Shown: one piece after another, positions 10,529 through 19,243 of the stretch
Layout: the number at the start of each line of letters is the position of its first letter
Position numbering within the stretch: position 1 is the stretch's first letter
Source of the DNA: a candidate division FCPU426 bacterium
Lineage (GTDB): Bacteria > Oederibacteriota > Muellerivitia > Muellerivitales > Muellerivitaceae
Direction of reading: 5' to 3'
Assembly: GCA_963719085.1 (NCBI GenBank)
Contig: CAVRAL010000004.1
Location: 160,001-224,000, forward strand
DNA length: 64,000 nucleotides
Made by a program: the position numbers and the translations under genes
The notes under the pieces: generated by a model
The model's input: only the letters and a program-made list of their open reading frames with translations
What the model was told of the DNA's origin: nothing
The model's database searches: none

Positions 10529-10753
10529 CTATTGGCCAAGCGGGACGATGGATAAGGCGCCCGAAGGGCACTTCCCGACTTGATCTTTTATTTCCTCAGT
10601 CGTGGCGGCCATCGGCTCAATCCAAGGCCGCTTGGCCGGGTTGAAGACTTGGGGCAAGCCTTGGGCACAGTACCCGCAATGGATGCAAAGCCCCGATTGC
10701 CAAAGCACGTTGATCTCGCCGTTGGAGTAATGTTTTTTCACGTGGCGATCCAT
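10529..10753 (-). CDS. Small 4Fe-4S binding protein (YjdI-like)
   Basis: CIHCGYC...PQVFNP...PWI...CPSGAL; RBS GGAGG. Confidence 0.9.
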   Translation of the reverse strand: MDRHVKKHYSNGEINVLWQSGLCIHCGYCAQGLPQVFNPAKRPWIEPMAATTEEIKDQVGKCPSGALSIVPLGQ

Positions 10754-10870
10754 TGAATACCTCCCAGGGGCCAGAAATGAATTCTTAATAGCTCGTGAAA
10801 TTCAGGCCGTCGCGTCTGTCGCGGGCATTCAATTCAAATCACAAACCGCCAGAACCAGCGGGCCGCGATT

Positions 10871-11884
10871 TTACGGTTCGAGCTGCCCGCTGCTGGTCGA
10901 TATGACGTAGCCACCCGAACTAGTCGTAGGCCCCTTAACGACATTATCGTTCTCCTTGATCTCAGTGACGATCGACCCACTTTCATTTTTATTTTGAGCT
11001 GAAATATAAAAAAACATGGAACTTAATTGATCAGATGGGATGTAATAAACCTGGGACCAGGGCAAAGATACCCCGCTTTCCTGGGTGGTGTTCCCCTTGT
11101 CATCCCGATAGGTCAAGTCCGCGCTATCACAACCGTCATATCCCTCAACCACATATTCACACTTAACATCTGTCGTTTGATTATCGATTGCCGTTTTTTT
11201 AACCGCGCTCGCGTTCCCCATCATCAATTTATTTTTCGAGGCCTCGTCCCCGGCCATTTTTTTATCGAGGGTATCCATGAAGTTAGCGGCGATCCACCGG
11301 AGGGTCCATCTCTGCTCCTGGGTGAGGTCGAATTGGTCCGTGCAAACGGCGACGTGGACATTATCGGCTTTGGCTAGATCCGCCAGTTGTTGCCCGCTCA
11401 AAGTAACCGTGATGAATTCATTGAGGGATCCATCCGAATTTTTCTTACTTTGGTATTCCGAGGGAAGGTCTCCCAAATCTTGGCTCCCGATGGTCACCGC
11501 CACATCCTTACAATCAGCGTAGCGGCCCGCGCCATCCGTGCTGTCCCAAAAAATCAGGAATCCGTGAGGAGGATTTTTAACAGTCGGGTGGTCGGGAACC
11601 AACGCTAAAATCCGCAAGTTTTCCTTGAAAGTATTGTCGCCCACATTATCAGGGGAATATTGAAGGAGCATCTCCGAGTCCACTTGGTCCCGTTTGATGT
11701 TGGTCAGTTTATTTCCAGCATCATGCTGGACCACGAACAAGTTCGATTTCACGTGATCCGCCACAAAGTCCTCATAGCTTGCGAACTTACCCGTTGAACC
11801 GCCAGTTTGGGCGAAAAGGGAGTGGGAGAAGGAAAATAACAGGGCAACGAAAAAGACCGAAGATCTAGTCATAAATATTTTCAT
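10871..11884 (-). CDS. Secreted hypothetical protein with a C-terminal MmpS-like beta-sandwich
   Basis: Signal peptide; C-terminal YVVEG...SADLTY...GNTTQESGVSLPWS resembles the MmpS soluble domain pattern. Confidence 0.6.
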   Translation of the reverse strand: MKIFMTRSSVFFVALLFSFSHSLFAQTGGSTGKFASYEDFVADHVKSNLFVVQHDAGNKLTNIKRDQVDSEMLLQYSPDNVGDNTFKENLRILALVPDHPTVKNPPHGFLIFWDSTDGAGRYADCKDVAVTIGSQDLGDLPSEYQSKKNSDGSLNEFITVTLSGQQLADLAKADNVHVAVCTDQFDLTQEQRWTLRWIAANFMDTLDKKMAGDEASKNKLMMGNASAVKKTAIDNQTTDVKCEYVVEGYDGCDSADLTYRDDKGNTTQESGVSLPWSQVYYIPSDQLSSMFFYISAQNKNESGSIVTEIKENDNVVKGPTTSSGGYVISTSSGQLEP

Positions 11885-11939
11885 GTTTTACCTTTCCAAT
11901 ACTAGCGAGCGATCAAATACGCTCCCTATTGTATCCAGC

Positions 11940-13811
11940 CTATCCTCGCTTTTTAATCTTTTGTTTCTTCCCCATCACATGCCAAAGGCCATAAGCTAAG
12001 AACCCCGCGCAGGTGGCGAAGGCTTCGCCGGTGGCGGCTTCTCCGCTGTTCTCATCCACCGACTCGCAAGCCAGGCCGTTGTCCATGGAGGCGCGCTTAA
12101 TAAAGGAAAGCGCCCGGTCTTTGTGCCCGGACAAGAGGCTGTTCACGGCGGCCAAGACCCAAGGGTGCGAGGCGTGGCGGCAGCCCACTTCCTCGAAGGG
12201 TTTGCCCGCGTAGGAATAAAGATATTCCGGGGAATGGACCCAATCCCGGGTCTTTTTCCAGGGCGGATAAGTGGCTTTGCAAAAACCCCAGTGGGGCAAA
12301 AGCAAAAGACTGCCGGGCGGCTCATCATATAAGAGGAAACTTTTGTTCAAATCCACCGACCAGGCGAACTGGCGGCCCTTGGGGCCCTTCACCAGGCATT
12401 TGCGCAAGATAGCCTTGCGGGTTTCTTCCGCCAGCGCCCGCAGGCGCCAAAAGGCTTTTTTGTCTTTTTGGTGTTTTCGGATTTCAGAAAGATCAAGCAG
12501 TGCCCGCCAAACCAATACGTTGTCATAGGTCACATAGCGCTGGGGCCAGGGATCATCGGAAGGCAAAAGCCAGGTCTCGTATAGGGCAACCTTAGGATTG
12601 CGTTTGGTCGCCAGGACCTTCTCAAACCGGACCAGGGATTCTTGAAACTCAGGCTTATCTAATAGGGAGAAATCCTTGGTGGCATCAATATATTGCTTTA
12701 AGGCGATCACCGGCGCGCAAAGCTCATCCAGCTCAAAACCCGGTTCCAAAACCGCGCCCGAAAGATAGCGGCTGTGGGTGCCAAAATTATTTCCCTGCCG
12801 GCGAAAGATGGCCGTCAGGGTTTTTTGGGCCCATTCGGGGTCCTGCGCCAAAAGCGCCGGAAAGGACCAAAGCAAGGCATCCCGGTCCCAATAGGCTCCG
12901 CTCACGTAATAACGGGGGCTTCGGGAAGTCATCGAAACCACTTCTTCGGTATCCATGGCGAGACCGGTCGAATAAAAGCGGTTGAAGAAGGCGTTTAAAT
13001 TAAGGATCGGATCCAGTTCTTTATCTTTGGTTTCCAGCCGCCTTGCCTGGAGCCATTTGCGGTTTTGATCCCGCAAAACCGCGCCGCCCGCCCTTTGCAT
13101 TTCCCGGGCGGAGGCGAAAGCGCCGATTTCATCCGGGCCCAAGCCAAAATAAAAGAAGGTTTCCCAGAACTGGTTGGATTTGATGTCCCGCGATTGAAGC
13201 CACTGCAGGGTCAGGATGTCGTCCTCGGGCACCGGCGTTTCCCGGCCCACGGGTGAGAGGGCTTTTCGGCCCAAACGGTAAAAAAAGCGGCTGGACTTAT
13301 CCGGTGGATAAAGCGCCAAGGCGGCCAGGGGCTGGGGCGCGCGCCATTCAAAAACCGGAGTGCCTTCCCAGCTTTTGGAAACCAAAACCCTCTGGCCCTT
13401 GAGCGGCTTGGTCAGGTTCACGCTGTGAAGCATCTCGCCCCAGGCCGTCTCGGCCCCCACCACGCAGTAAACGGATTTTTCCGAGAGATTTTTGACCTTT
13501 ATCGAAAGCACAAAGCCCCGCTCGCCCACGGGGCAAAAATAGCTTCCTTCCATCTCCACTTGCTCGTTTTTAAAATGAAAGTGCGGCATCCAATCCGCGT
13601 CCCGGTCCCAGACCAGTTGACCCAAGAAAAGAACCTCGGAATCATCCAGGAACAGGCGGGGCGTGACGAGCGGTTGGGCCTTCCCTGAAAAGGAAAGCAA
13701 CCCGTTGAGCCCCATGTGGGCCACGTTCAAATTCTCAAGGGTGGCGTCTTCTTCGTTCAGGGTCGGCAGGGAAACATATTCATTTCCCGTCGGCTGGTAT
13801 TTTTTTTTCAT
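11940..13811 (-). CDS. Six-hairpin glycoside hydrolase, GH125-like (metal-independent alpha-mannosidase-like)
   Basis: YWDRD, FELDELCAP, YDEPPGSL and LACESVD...GEAFATCAG motifs typical of GH125-annotated (alpha/alpha)6 enzymes. Confidence 0.72.
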   Translation of the reverse strand: MKKKYQPTGNEYVSLPTLNEEDATLENLNVAHMGLNGLLSFSGKAQPLVTPRLFLDDSEVLFLGQLVWDRDADWMPHFHFKNEQVEMEGSYFCPVGERGFVLSIKVKNLSEKSVYCVVGAETAWGEMLHSVNLTKPLKGQRVLVSKSWEGTPVFEWRAPQPLAALALYPPDKSSRFFYRLGRKALSPVGRETPVPEDDILTLQWLQSRDIKSNQFWETFFYFGLGPDEIGAFASAREMQRAGGAVLRDQNRKWLQARRLETKDKELDPILNLNAFFNRFYSTGLAMDTEEVVSMTSRSPRYYVSGAYWDRDALLWSFPALLAQDPEWAQKTLTAIFRRQGNNFGTHSRYLSGAVLEPGFELDELCAPVIALKQYIDATKDFSLLDKPEFQESLVRFEKVLATKRNPKVALYETWLLPSDDPWPQRYVTYDNVLVWRALLDLSEIRKHQKDKKAFWRLRALAEETRKAILRKCLVKGPKGRQFAWSVDLNKSFLLYDEPPGSLLLLPHWGFCKATYPPWKKTRDWVHSPEYLYSYAGKPFEEVGCRHASHPWVLAAVNSLLSGHKDRALSFIKRASMDNGLACESVDENSGEAATGEAFATCAGFLAYGLWHVMGKKQKIKKRG

Positions 13812-13895
13812 TCCCTATTCCAGAAAATAAGTTGAAGTTTCAAAAGCCCGCCCCACAACGCTCAAAAAGCCAAAGAATCTTTTGCAATGATCAAT

Positions 13896-13956
13896 GCCGA
13901 TGAATGCGGATTACAGGATCAAAAATTTCATGTTTTTTAAATCAGCCTTTATCGGC
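13896..13956. repeat. REP-like imperfect palindrome, family B (GCCGATGAATGCGGAT...ATCAGCCTTTATCGGC)
   Basis: Inverted arms around an AT-rich loop; related to 16608-16677. Confidence 0.55.
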
Positions 13957-13960
13957 TTTG

Positions 13961-16009
13961 CTAAGGATGATAACCGCCGCTTTTGACCAAATAATCGAGA
14001 TTCGACCGGGCCTGGGGATAGTTGGGGTCCAAGGCCAGTACCCGGCTAAAATAACCGCCCGCCCTTTGGGTTTGACCCAGATAAAAGGCCGCGATCGCCG
14101 CGTTGAAATAGGCTTCTTTGTAACGGGGATTCAGGTCCCAGGCCTTCTGGTAATAATCCAAGGCTTCCTGGTTCCGGCCCAAATGCACCAGCGCGTTGCC
14201 CACATTGTAAGCGTACTTGGGTTCGAGCGGGTACCATTCCTGGGCCCAGGCGTAATCCCGAAAGGCGCGGCCATAGGCCTCCTGGGCCTTTAAATAATAA
14301 GCGGCGGCCTTTTTATCTTTGGCCTGGGCCCTGAAATCATCGCCCTGATTTTCCGCGGTTAAGCCCAGCGCGTTTCGCTTGAAGGCGTAATTACTAAAGA
14401 AAAACAGGGCCGTCCTTTCATCCACCGGATTTTCGGGCGGCCGGTTGCGAAGCCGAAGGCGATTCCAGGCTTCCATTTGTTGGGCGTCGGTTAAAAGCGA
14501 CACCGGCCCTTCGCGGTTCACCCGGTTGACGATTCCCTCGGGCGCCAAAGCCGCTCCCGGCAGGATGCGCGGGTCCAAGTCCTCGAAGCTTAAGTAAAAA
14601 GGATGATCGGTATTTTTTTCCGCCATCCAACTCATCAAGGTGGGGATCGATTCAAGCCCCAATCTTTCATCCGTCAGGGGAACGTGTAAATCCGGGTGGG
14701 ATTTGGCCAAGTCGCGCCTAATCCAATCCATCGGCAATCCGTCCACCCCGACGAAAGCCAAGTCCGGACGCTTTTTTTCGACCCATTGAAAATACCAGGC
14801 GGGAAAAACCAAGCCATCGCCCTTCGCGTAATAAAGCGAGCCCTTGGGAAGTTCCTGAAAAGCGTTAAGTCCGTAATCATAGGCGTAGGTGTAGTGGGTT
14901 TGACGGTCCCGTAGATCCCGGAAAATTCCGAGACCTAACAAAACCAGGGCCAGGGCCAAGAAAATCAAAAGTTTCCCCTGGAGTCTTTGGAAAACGGCTT
15001 TCAGCGCGAAAGCCGTGAAGACAAGAATCAGGGTCTGGCCGGCTAAAGCGTATTCCCCCAAAAGATAAAAGCGGGCCGCAGGCAAATTAAGATAGAGCGA
15101 CAGAACGACCCATAAGGATAACCATCCGGCCAATAATCCCCGGACCATCTTTGGCTCATTCTTCCAAGCGATAAAGGCGCCCGCGAGTGCCGCCAAAAAA
15201 AGTCCCGGCCATTCCATGAAATAGCGTTTCAATAAATCAAAGGCCTGCGCGGCCCAATTCAACGCGCCTCCATTGTGCTCGGCGCCGCCATATTCCGCCC
15301 GGGTCAAGTGAAACCAAAAAGAACTGAGGGAACCCGGCTCTCCCCAATTTAAAAGCGGTGAATGGACCGCGCGGAGCGGAAGAAATAAATAGAGGGACAG
15401 GCTTAAAACACCCGCCACGAATCCCAGCCAAAGTTTGGCCCTGGTTCCCCCGCCTTGGGCCTGGTCCCGCGCGAAGAGGAAAATCCCCGGCGCCAAAACC
15501 AAAAGGGTCATCCAATGGTTGGCCAAGGAAAGCCCGAAAAGAAACCCCGCCATCTCCCACTTCACTTCCACCAAGGCCAAAAGAATCCCCAGAATGAGCG
15601 CGGCGGTAAGTTGGTAAAGACCGGTCTTAGCGCTCAAAGCGCCCGGATAGGCGCTGGCCCCGGTCACCCAAAAAAGCGCCAGGACAAAGGCCCAGCTTTC
15701 GGGAAGCTTCACCCACTTTTGAAATAGTTGGAAAAGAAGCACGCAGTTGAGGGCGGCCAACAGGGCTGAAAGCAGGTTGACCCGAAAGCCGAATCCGCCC
15801 AGGGGCAAAAAAGAAAGGAAATGGCCGAGCAGGGTGAAAAAGGGATAACCGGGCGGATGGGCGACGCCTAAAAGGACCGCCGCCGTGATGGTTTCGGCGC
15901 TGTCATCGGCGTAAAAGCCGGGATTGACGCCCGTCAAAAGAAAAAGAAAGGCGGCCAAAAATAAAAGCGGGTTCCGGAAAGTTTCCCAACAGCCGGAAAA
16001 AGAGGGCAA
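13961..16009 (-). CDS. DUF2723/TMEM260-like GT-C membrane glycosyltransferase with C-terminal TPRs
   Basis: Signature DSAE...LGVAHPPGYP, FRVNLLSA, GLSLANH and YLFLPLRA...LNWG; TPR units YAYNVGNAL and AYFNAA. Confidence 0.88.
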   Translation of the reverse strand: MPSFSGCWETFRNPLLFLAAFLFLLTGVNPGFYADDSAETITAAVLLGVAHPPGYPFFTLLGHFLSFLPLGGFGFRVNLLSALLAALNCVLLFQLFQKWVKLPESWAFVLALFWVTGASAYPGALSAKTGLYQLTAALILGILLALVEVKWEMAGFLFGLSLANHWMTLLVLAPGIFLFARDQAQGGGTRAKLWLGFVAGVLSLSLYLFLPLRAVHSPLLNWGEPGSLSSFWFHLTRAEYGGAEHNGGALNWAAQAFDLLKRYFMEWPGLFLAALAGAFIAWKNEPKMVRGLLAGWLSLWVVLSLYLNLPAARFYLLGEYALAGQTLILVFTAFALKAVFQRLQGKLLIFLALALVLLGLGIFRDLRDRQTHYTYAYDYGLNAFQELPKGSLYYAKGDGLVFPAWYFQWVEKKRPDLAFVGVDGLPMDWIRRDLAKSHPDLHVPLTDERLGLESIPTLMSWMAEKNTDHPFYLSFEDLDPRILPGAALAPEGIVNRVNREGPVSLLTDAQQMEAWNRLRLRNRPPENPVDERTALFFFSNYAFKRNALGLTAENQGDDFRAQAKDKKAAAYYLKAQEAYGRAFRDYAWAQEWYPLEPKYAYNVGNALVHLGRNQEALDYYQKAWDLNPRYKEAYFNAAIAAFYLGQTQRAGGYFSRVLALDPNYPQARSNLDYLVKSGGYHP

Positions 16010-16022
16010 AGGACCTCTTGTC

Positions 16023-16559
16023 TTATTCGGCCAGCAAATAAAGCCGGTTGTCCTCGACCCGGTAGATCATGGGCGCGATCAATATCTTGGGATAGCGGGC
16101 CCGCAGGCGGTTGGCCTCGCTGAGCGTGAAGGTTTCCTCGTCGCCGATCTCGGAGTTCGCGACGTTCTGCTCAAAATGCACGGCGGCGGCTTCCCGGGTC
16201 CACCCGGCCTCAATCAAACCTTCGATAAACTTTTCGCGCTTCGTCGGCAGTTTCACCATGCCGCACTGGGTGTGACCGATGAGCGCCATGGCCCGCACCC
16301 CGCCCACGGCTACCGCGAAGGAAATCTTAAACTCGCTGGTGCGCATATTGGCGCCGGCGGCCCGGATGATGAAGGCGAACAGGTCGGGGGCGTTCAAATG
16401 CTTGCGGTTGTCCATGCACATGCCGATGAGAAGCTCGGCTTTGGGATAAACCTCAAAAGGCCGGCCCAGGTTGTGGTATTCCAAAAAGCGTCCCACCGGC
16501 GTGTCCCGGTATTGGGGAAAAATATCGGCGGCTTGGTTGACGGGCACGAGTCGGCTCAT
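16023..16559 (-). CDS. Beta-class carbonic anhydrase
   Basis: Zinc ligand motifs CMDNR and GHTQCG. Confidence 0.9.
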   Translation of the reverse strand: MSRLVPVNQAADIFPQYRDTPVGRFLEYHNLGRPFEVYPKAELLIGMCMDNRKHLNAPDLFAFIIRAAGANMRTSEFKISFAVAVGGVRAMALIGHTQCGMVKLPTKREKFIEGLIEAGWTREAAAVHFEQNVANSEIGDEETFTLSEANRLRARYPKILIAPMIYRVEDNRLYLLAE

Positions 16560-16607
16560 GATTTCCTGCTTTTATTTAAATTTCAAAAGACATTTTTACA
16601 CTGATGC

Positions 16608-16677
16608 ACGCGGATAAACACCGATAAGGCCTAAACTTTTTTGAAAGAAGTCACAAAGAATCAGCGTTCATCGGCGT
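16608..16677. repeat. REP-like imperfect palindrome, family B (ACGCGGATAAACACCGAT...ATCAGCGTTCATCGGCGT)
   Basis: Inverted arms; the reverse complement of the right arm matches the left arm of the 13896 copy at 14 of 16 positions. Confidence 0.55.
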
Positions 16678-16747
16678 CCACCATTGCTAATTGCCTTTGA
16701 TTTCGGTGAGTGATTTTAACAAAAAGCGGGGGCTGAAGGAACGGCTT

Positions 16748-18583
16748 TTATCCGACGATGAAAAGGTTCGAGGACTCGGGCAAACGGGAGGCCAACCGGC
16801 GGATCAGGCGGCCCTTGATCATGCGCCAGAAGAAGGACCTTTTGGACGAACCCACCATCACGGTGCGCACGTTCAAAAGCCGGGCCGCTTCCGCGATGGA
16901 AGTGCCCGCGTCCTCGGCCATGCGCCAAATGGGGATGCCCAGCATATGATATTTTTCCAGTTCCAGGCAGGACGCCGCCAAAACCTGCACCGCCTCAGCG
17001 GTCGGTTTGACCTCCGTCGGCACGAAGAGCCCCGGAACTTCATCCACGTAAACCAGGTAAATATTATTTCGCTTGTAGCCCCGCGCGTGGATGGCCGCTT
17101 CCTCTAAAAGCCTCGGGTTCATCTGCCGCAGGGCCACCAAGACGGGCGAGGATTCCACCGGGCTGGCTTCCTCGGCCTCTTCCAGGGTCAGGATATTGGA
17201 AGCCTCGGGCAGGTCCGCCACTTGGTTTTCCGCCAACGCGAAATCTTCCGCGGCCCTTTTGTCGGCCTTGAGCCGGTGGACCATTCCCACGGCGATCAAG
17301 ATCGCCGCCAATCCCCCGCCAAAAAGTAGCGCGTGGGGTTTGTTCACCATGTTGATGACCCAGGCGACCAGCAAAGCGAACGAGGTGAACAAGCCGAACC
17401 AAAATTTACCGCCCCGCTCGCCGTCCCGCCAGCGCAGGCTGTCCACCGCGATGGAAGATAAGGTGAGGGTTCCGAGCAAACCGAAATTGTAAAGATCGCC
17501 CAACACGTCCACGTTGCCTTGGGTCAGCAGGATGATGACCATGGGGATCAGGGCCGAGATGATGATCGACCAATAGGGCGTGCCTAAGCGCGGATGGCGT
17601 TTGCGTAAAAAGGACGGCATAAAACCAAGGTCCGACAGCCGCACGTTGACGTGATAATTCCCCGCGATGGCCGTGTTGCAAGCCATCAGTAGAAGCGCGG
17701 TGGCCGCCAAGACCACGCCCCATTCCAACACAGGCCCCCCGGTGGCAAGCCCCAGGGCCGAAAGCAAAGACTCGGGATCCGACATCTTGACCTTGTCGGG
17801 AACAATAAAAAGGGCGGAGGCCGTGATAGTGGGCGATAAAAGGCCGACGACCAGGATGACCAGCCACATGGCCTTCCCGGCGGTTTTGCCCACCGGTTCT
17901 TTCATGGCGCCCGAAAGCTGGGCCGCGGACTCAAGGCCCGAATAGGCCAGCCAGGTGCTGGCGTAACCGGTCAGCAGGATCGGCACCGTCAGTTGAATGC
18001 CCGGATGGAAAACCTGGAATAAGAGCGGAAGCCAGGCGTGATGAAAGGTCAGCCACCAAAAGCAGGAGCCCAACAGCACAAAGATGACGCCCATCTCAAA
18101 AGCCGCGAAGGTCGAGGTCAGGGAGGCTGATTCCCGGATTCCGATCAGGTTCAAGATCATTAATAAAAAGAAAAGCGCCAAGGCCCCGGGCACCACCCAA
18201 ATTTTGGCCGGAGGATAAAGCGACGCCAGGTAAAAGAGCCCCGAGACCCCCGAAATGGCCGAGGTCAGGAAATAATCGACCGTGATCAACGCGCCGCCCA
18301 TCAGGGGTAAAAAGGTGAGGTTCGAGAAGGCTTCCCGGTTGACCGAAACCACGCCCCCGCCGTCCGGACAACGGCGGCAGATTTCAACGTATTTGAGCGC
18401 GATGGAAATAAAGACGCCCAGCGTGATGACCTGCGCCAGGGTGGCCAAATAGCCGATGCCGCCATAGAGGATTCCGGGAACATAAAAAATGGAAGTCCCG
18501 ATATCGGCGTAGACCACGGCGAAAACCAAAATCCAACCCAATTGATGCAGCTTCACGGGGGCGGACTTTTCATTGCTGGGCAT
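16748..18583 (-). CDS. APC-superfamily transporter (KimA/KUP-like K+/H+ symporter) fused to a universal stress protein-like domain
   Basis: About 12 TM segments; VVYADIGTSIFY, VDYFLT, SGLES and DLYNFG motifs; USP-like C-terminus (IAEAARLLNVRTVMVGS). Confidence 0.8.
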   Translation of the reverse strand: MPSNEKSAPVKLHQLGWILVFAVVYADIGTSIFYVPGILYGGIGYLATLAQVITLGVFISIALKYVEICRRCPDGGGVVSVNREAFSNLTFLPLMGGALITVDYFLTSAISGVSGLFYLASLYPPAKIWVVPGALALFFLLMILNLIGIRESASLTSTFAAFEMGVIFVLLGSCFWWLTFHHAWLPLLFQVFHPGIQLTVPILLTGYASTWLAYSGLESAAQLSGAMKEPVGKTAGKAMWLVILVVGLLSPTITASALFIVPDKVKMSDPESLLSALGLATGGPVLEWGVVLAATALLLMACNTAIAGNYHVNVRLSDLGFMPSFLRKRHPRLGTPYWSIIISALIPMVIILLTQGNVDVLGDLYNFGLLGTLTLSSIAVDSLRWRDGERGGKFWFGLFTSFALLVAWVINMVNKPHALLFGGGLAAILIAVGMVHRLKADKRAAEDFALAENQVADLPEASNILTLEEAEEASPVESSPVLVALRQMNPRLLEEAAIHARGYKRNNIYLVYVDEVPGLFVPTEVKPTAEAVQVLAASCLELEKYHMLGIPIWRMAEDAGTSIAEAARLLNVRTVMVGSSKRSFFWRMIKGRLIRRLASRLPESSNLFIVG

Positions 18584-18652
18584 GAAAGAACCTTGGGAAT
18601 TGGAAGAATCGGATTCTGTCAGGAATCCTTACGGCCGGGCACAATGGCGAAC

Positions 18653-18680
18653 ATCATACTGAATTCCGGGGTACTTTCAA
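18653..18680 (-). promoter_or_regulatory. Putative sigma70 promoter of the KimA-like transporter
   Basis: TTGAAA-N16-TATGAT about 70 nt upstream of the ATG. Confidence 0.55.
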
Positions 18681-18774
18681 TAACACCAGCGGGGTGGATT
18701 GGCGGGGAAATGGCTGAAAAATCAGGAAGACAAACCCTGAAAAATCCTAAAACTCATTTTCAAGTTTTTAGGGC

Positions 18775-18816
18775 AAAATAAAAAGTCCCCCTCCGCTTAG
18801 GGCGGAGAGGGACTTC
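18775..18816 (-). terminator. Rho-independent terminator after the small secreted protein
   Basis: AAGTCCCTCTCCGC/GCGGAGGGGGACTT stem followed by a T-run on the minus strand. Confidence 0.8.
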
Positions 18817-18852
18817 TGGCCGCGAATGCGGCGGCCCTAATCCATCAGCGTC

Positions 18853-19044
18853 TTACTTGCTGACGGGAGTCGTGGAAGGAGCGGCGGCGGCCGGCTTCAC
18901 GGTCTTCTTCCCCTTCTTGTGAACCTTATGCTTCTGCGCCTTCACCACCGGCGTGCTGCCAGCCGCCGGAGTCTGAGCCAAAACCAAACCGGTCGTGGAA
19001 CCCAGGAACAGCACCGTCATCAAAGCCGCGATTAACTTTTTCAT
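18853..19044 (-). CDS. Small secreted basic low-complexity protein (acid-shock Asr-like)
   Basis: RBS GGAGGA; signal peptide; Lys/His-rich core KHKVHKKGKK and Ala/Pro/Thr-rich tail; own terminator. Confidence 0.75.
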   Translation of the reverse strand: MKKLIAALMTVLFLGSTTGLVLAQTPAAGSTPVVKAQKHKVHKKGKKTVKPAAAAPSTTPVSK

Positions 19045-19108
19045 TTGAGTCCTCCAAACCCTTTCGGGTTTTTTATTTTTCGGGTCGTTTTCACTTCCCG
19101 CTAGGTAT

Positions 19109-19134
19109 GACGCGGGGGGGCGTTAAAAAGTTGC
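19109..19134 (-). promoter_or_regulatory. Putative ECF sigma-factor promoter
   Basis: GCAACT-N16-CGTC about 65 nt upstream of the ATG at 19044. Confidence 0.5.
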
Positions 19135-19243
19135 AGTGGGAAAATCGCGTGTTTCATGAAAGGCCCAAATAAGAAATTATTCCCAGCCGGCCTGTTCCCC
19201 TCAAATTCTCAATGAATTTAAAAAAATTATTTTTTAGTGCAAC

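Noticed and set aside
18584..18780. ydaO/c-di-AMP riboswitch upstream of the KimA-like gene
   Set aside because: None of the conserved ydaO motifs are visible, and the predicted promoter leaves only a short leader.
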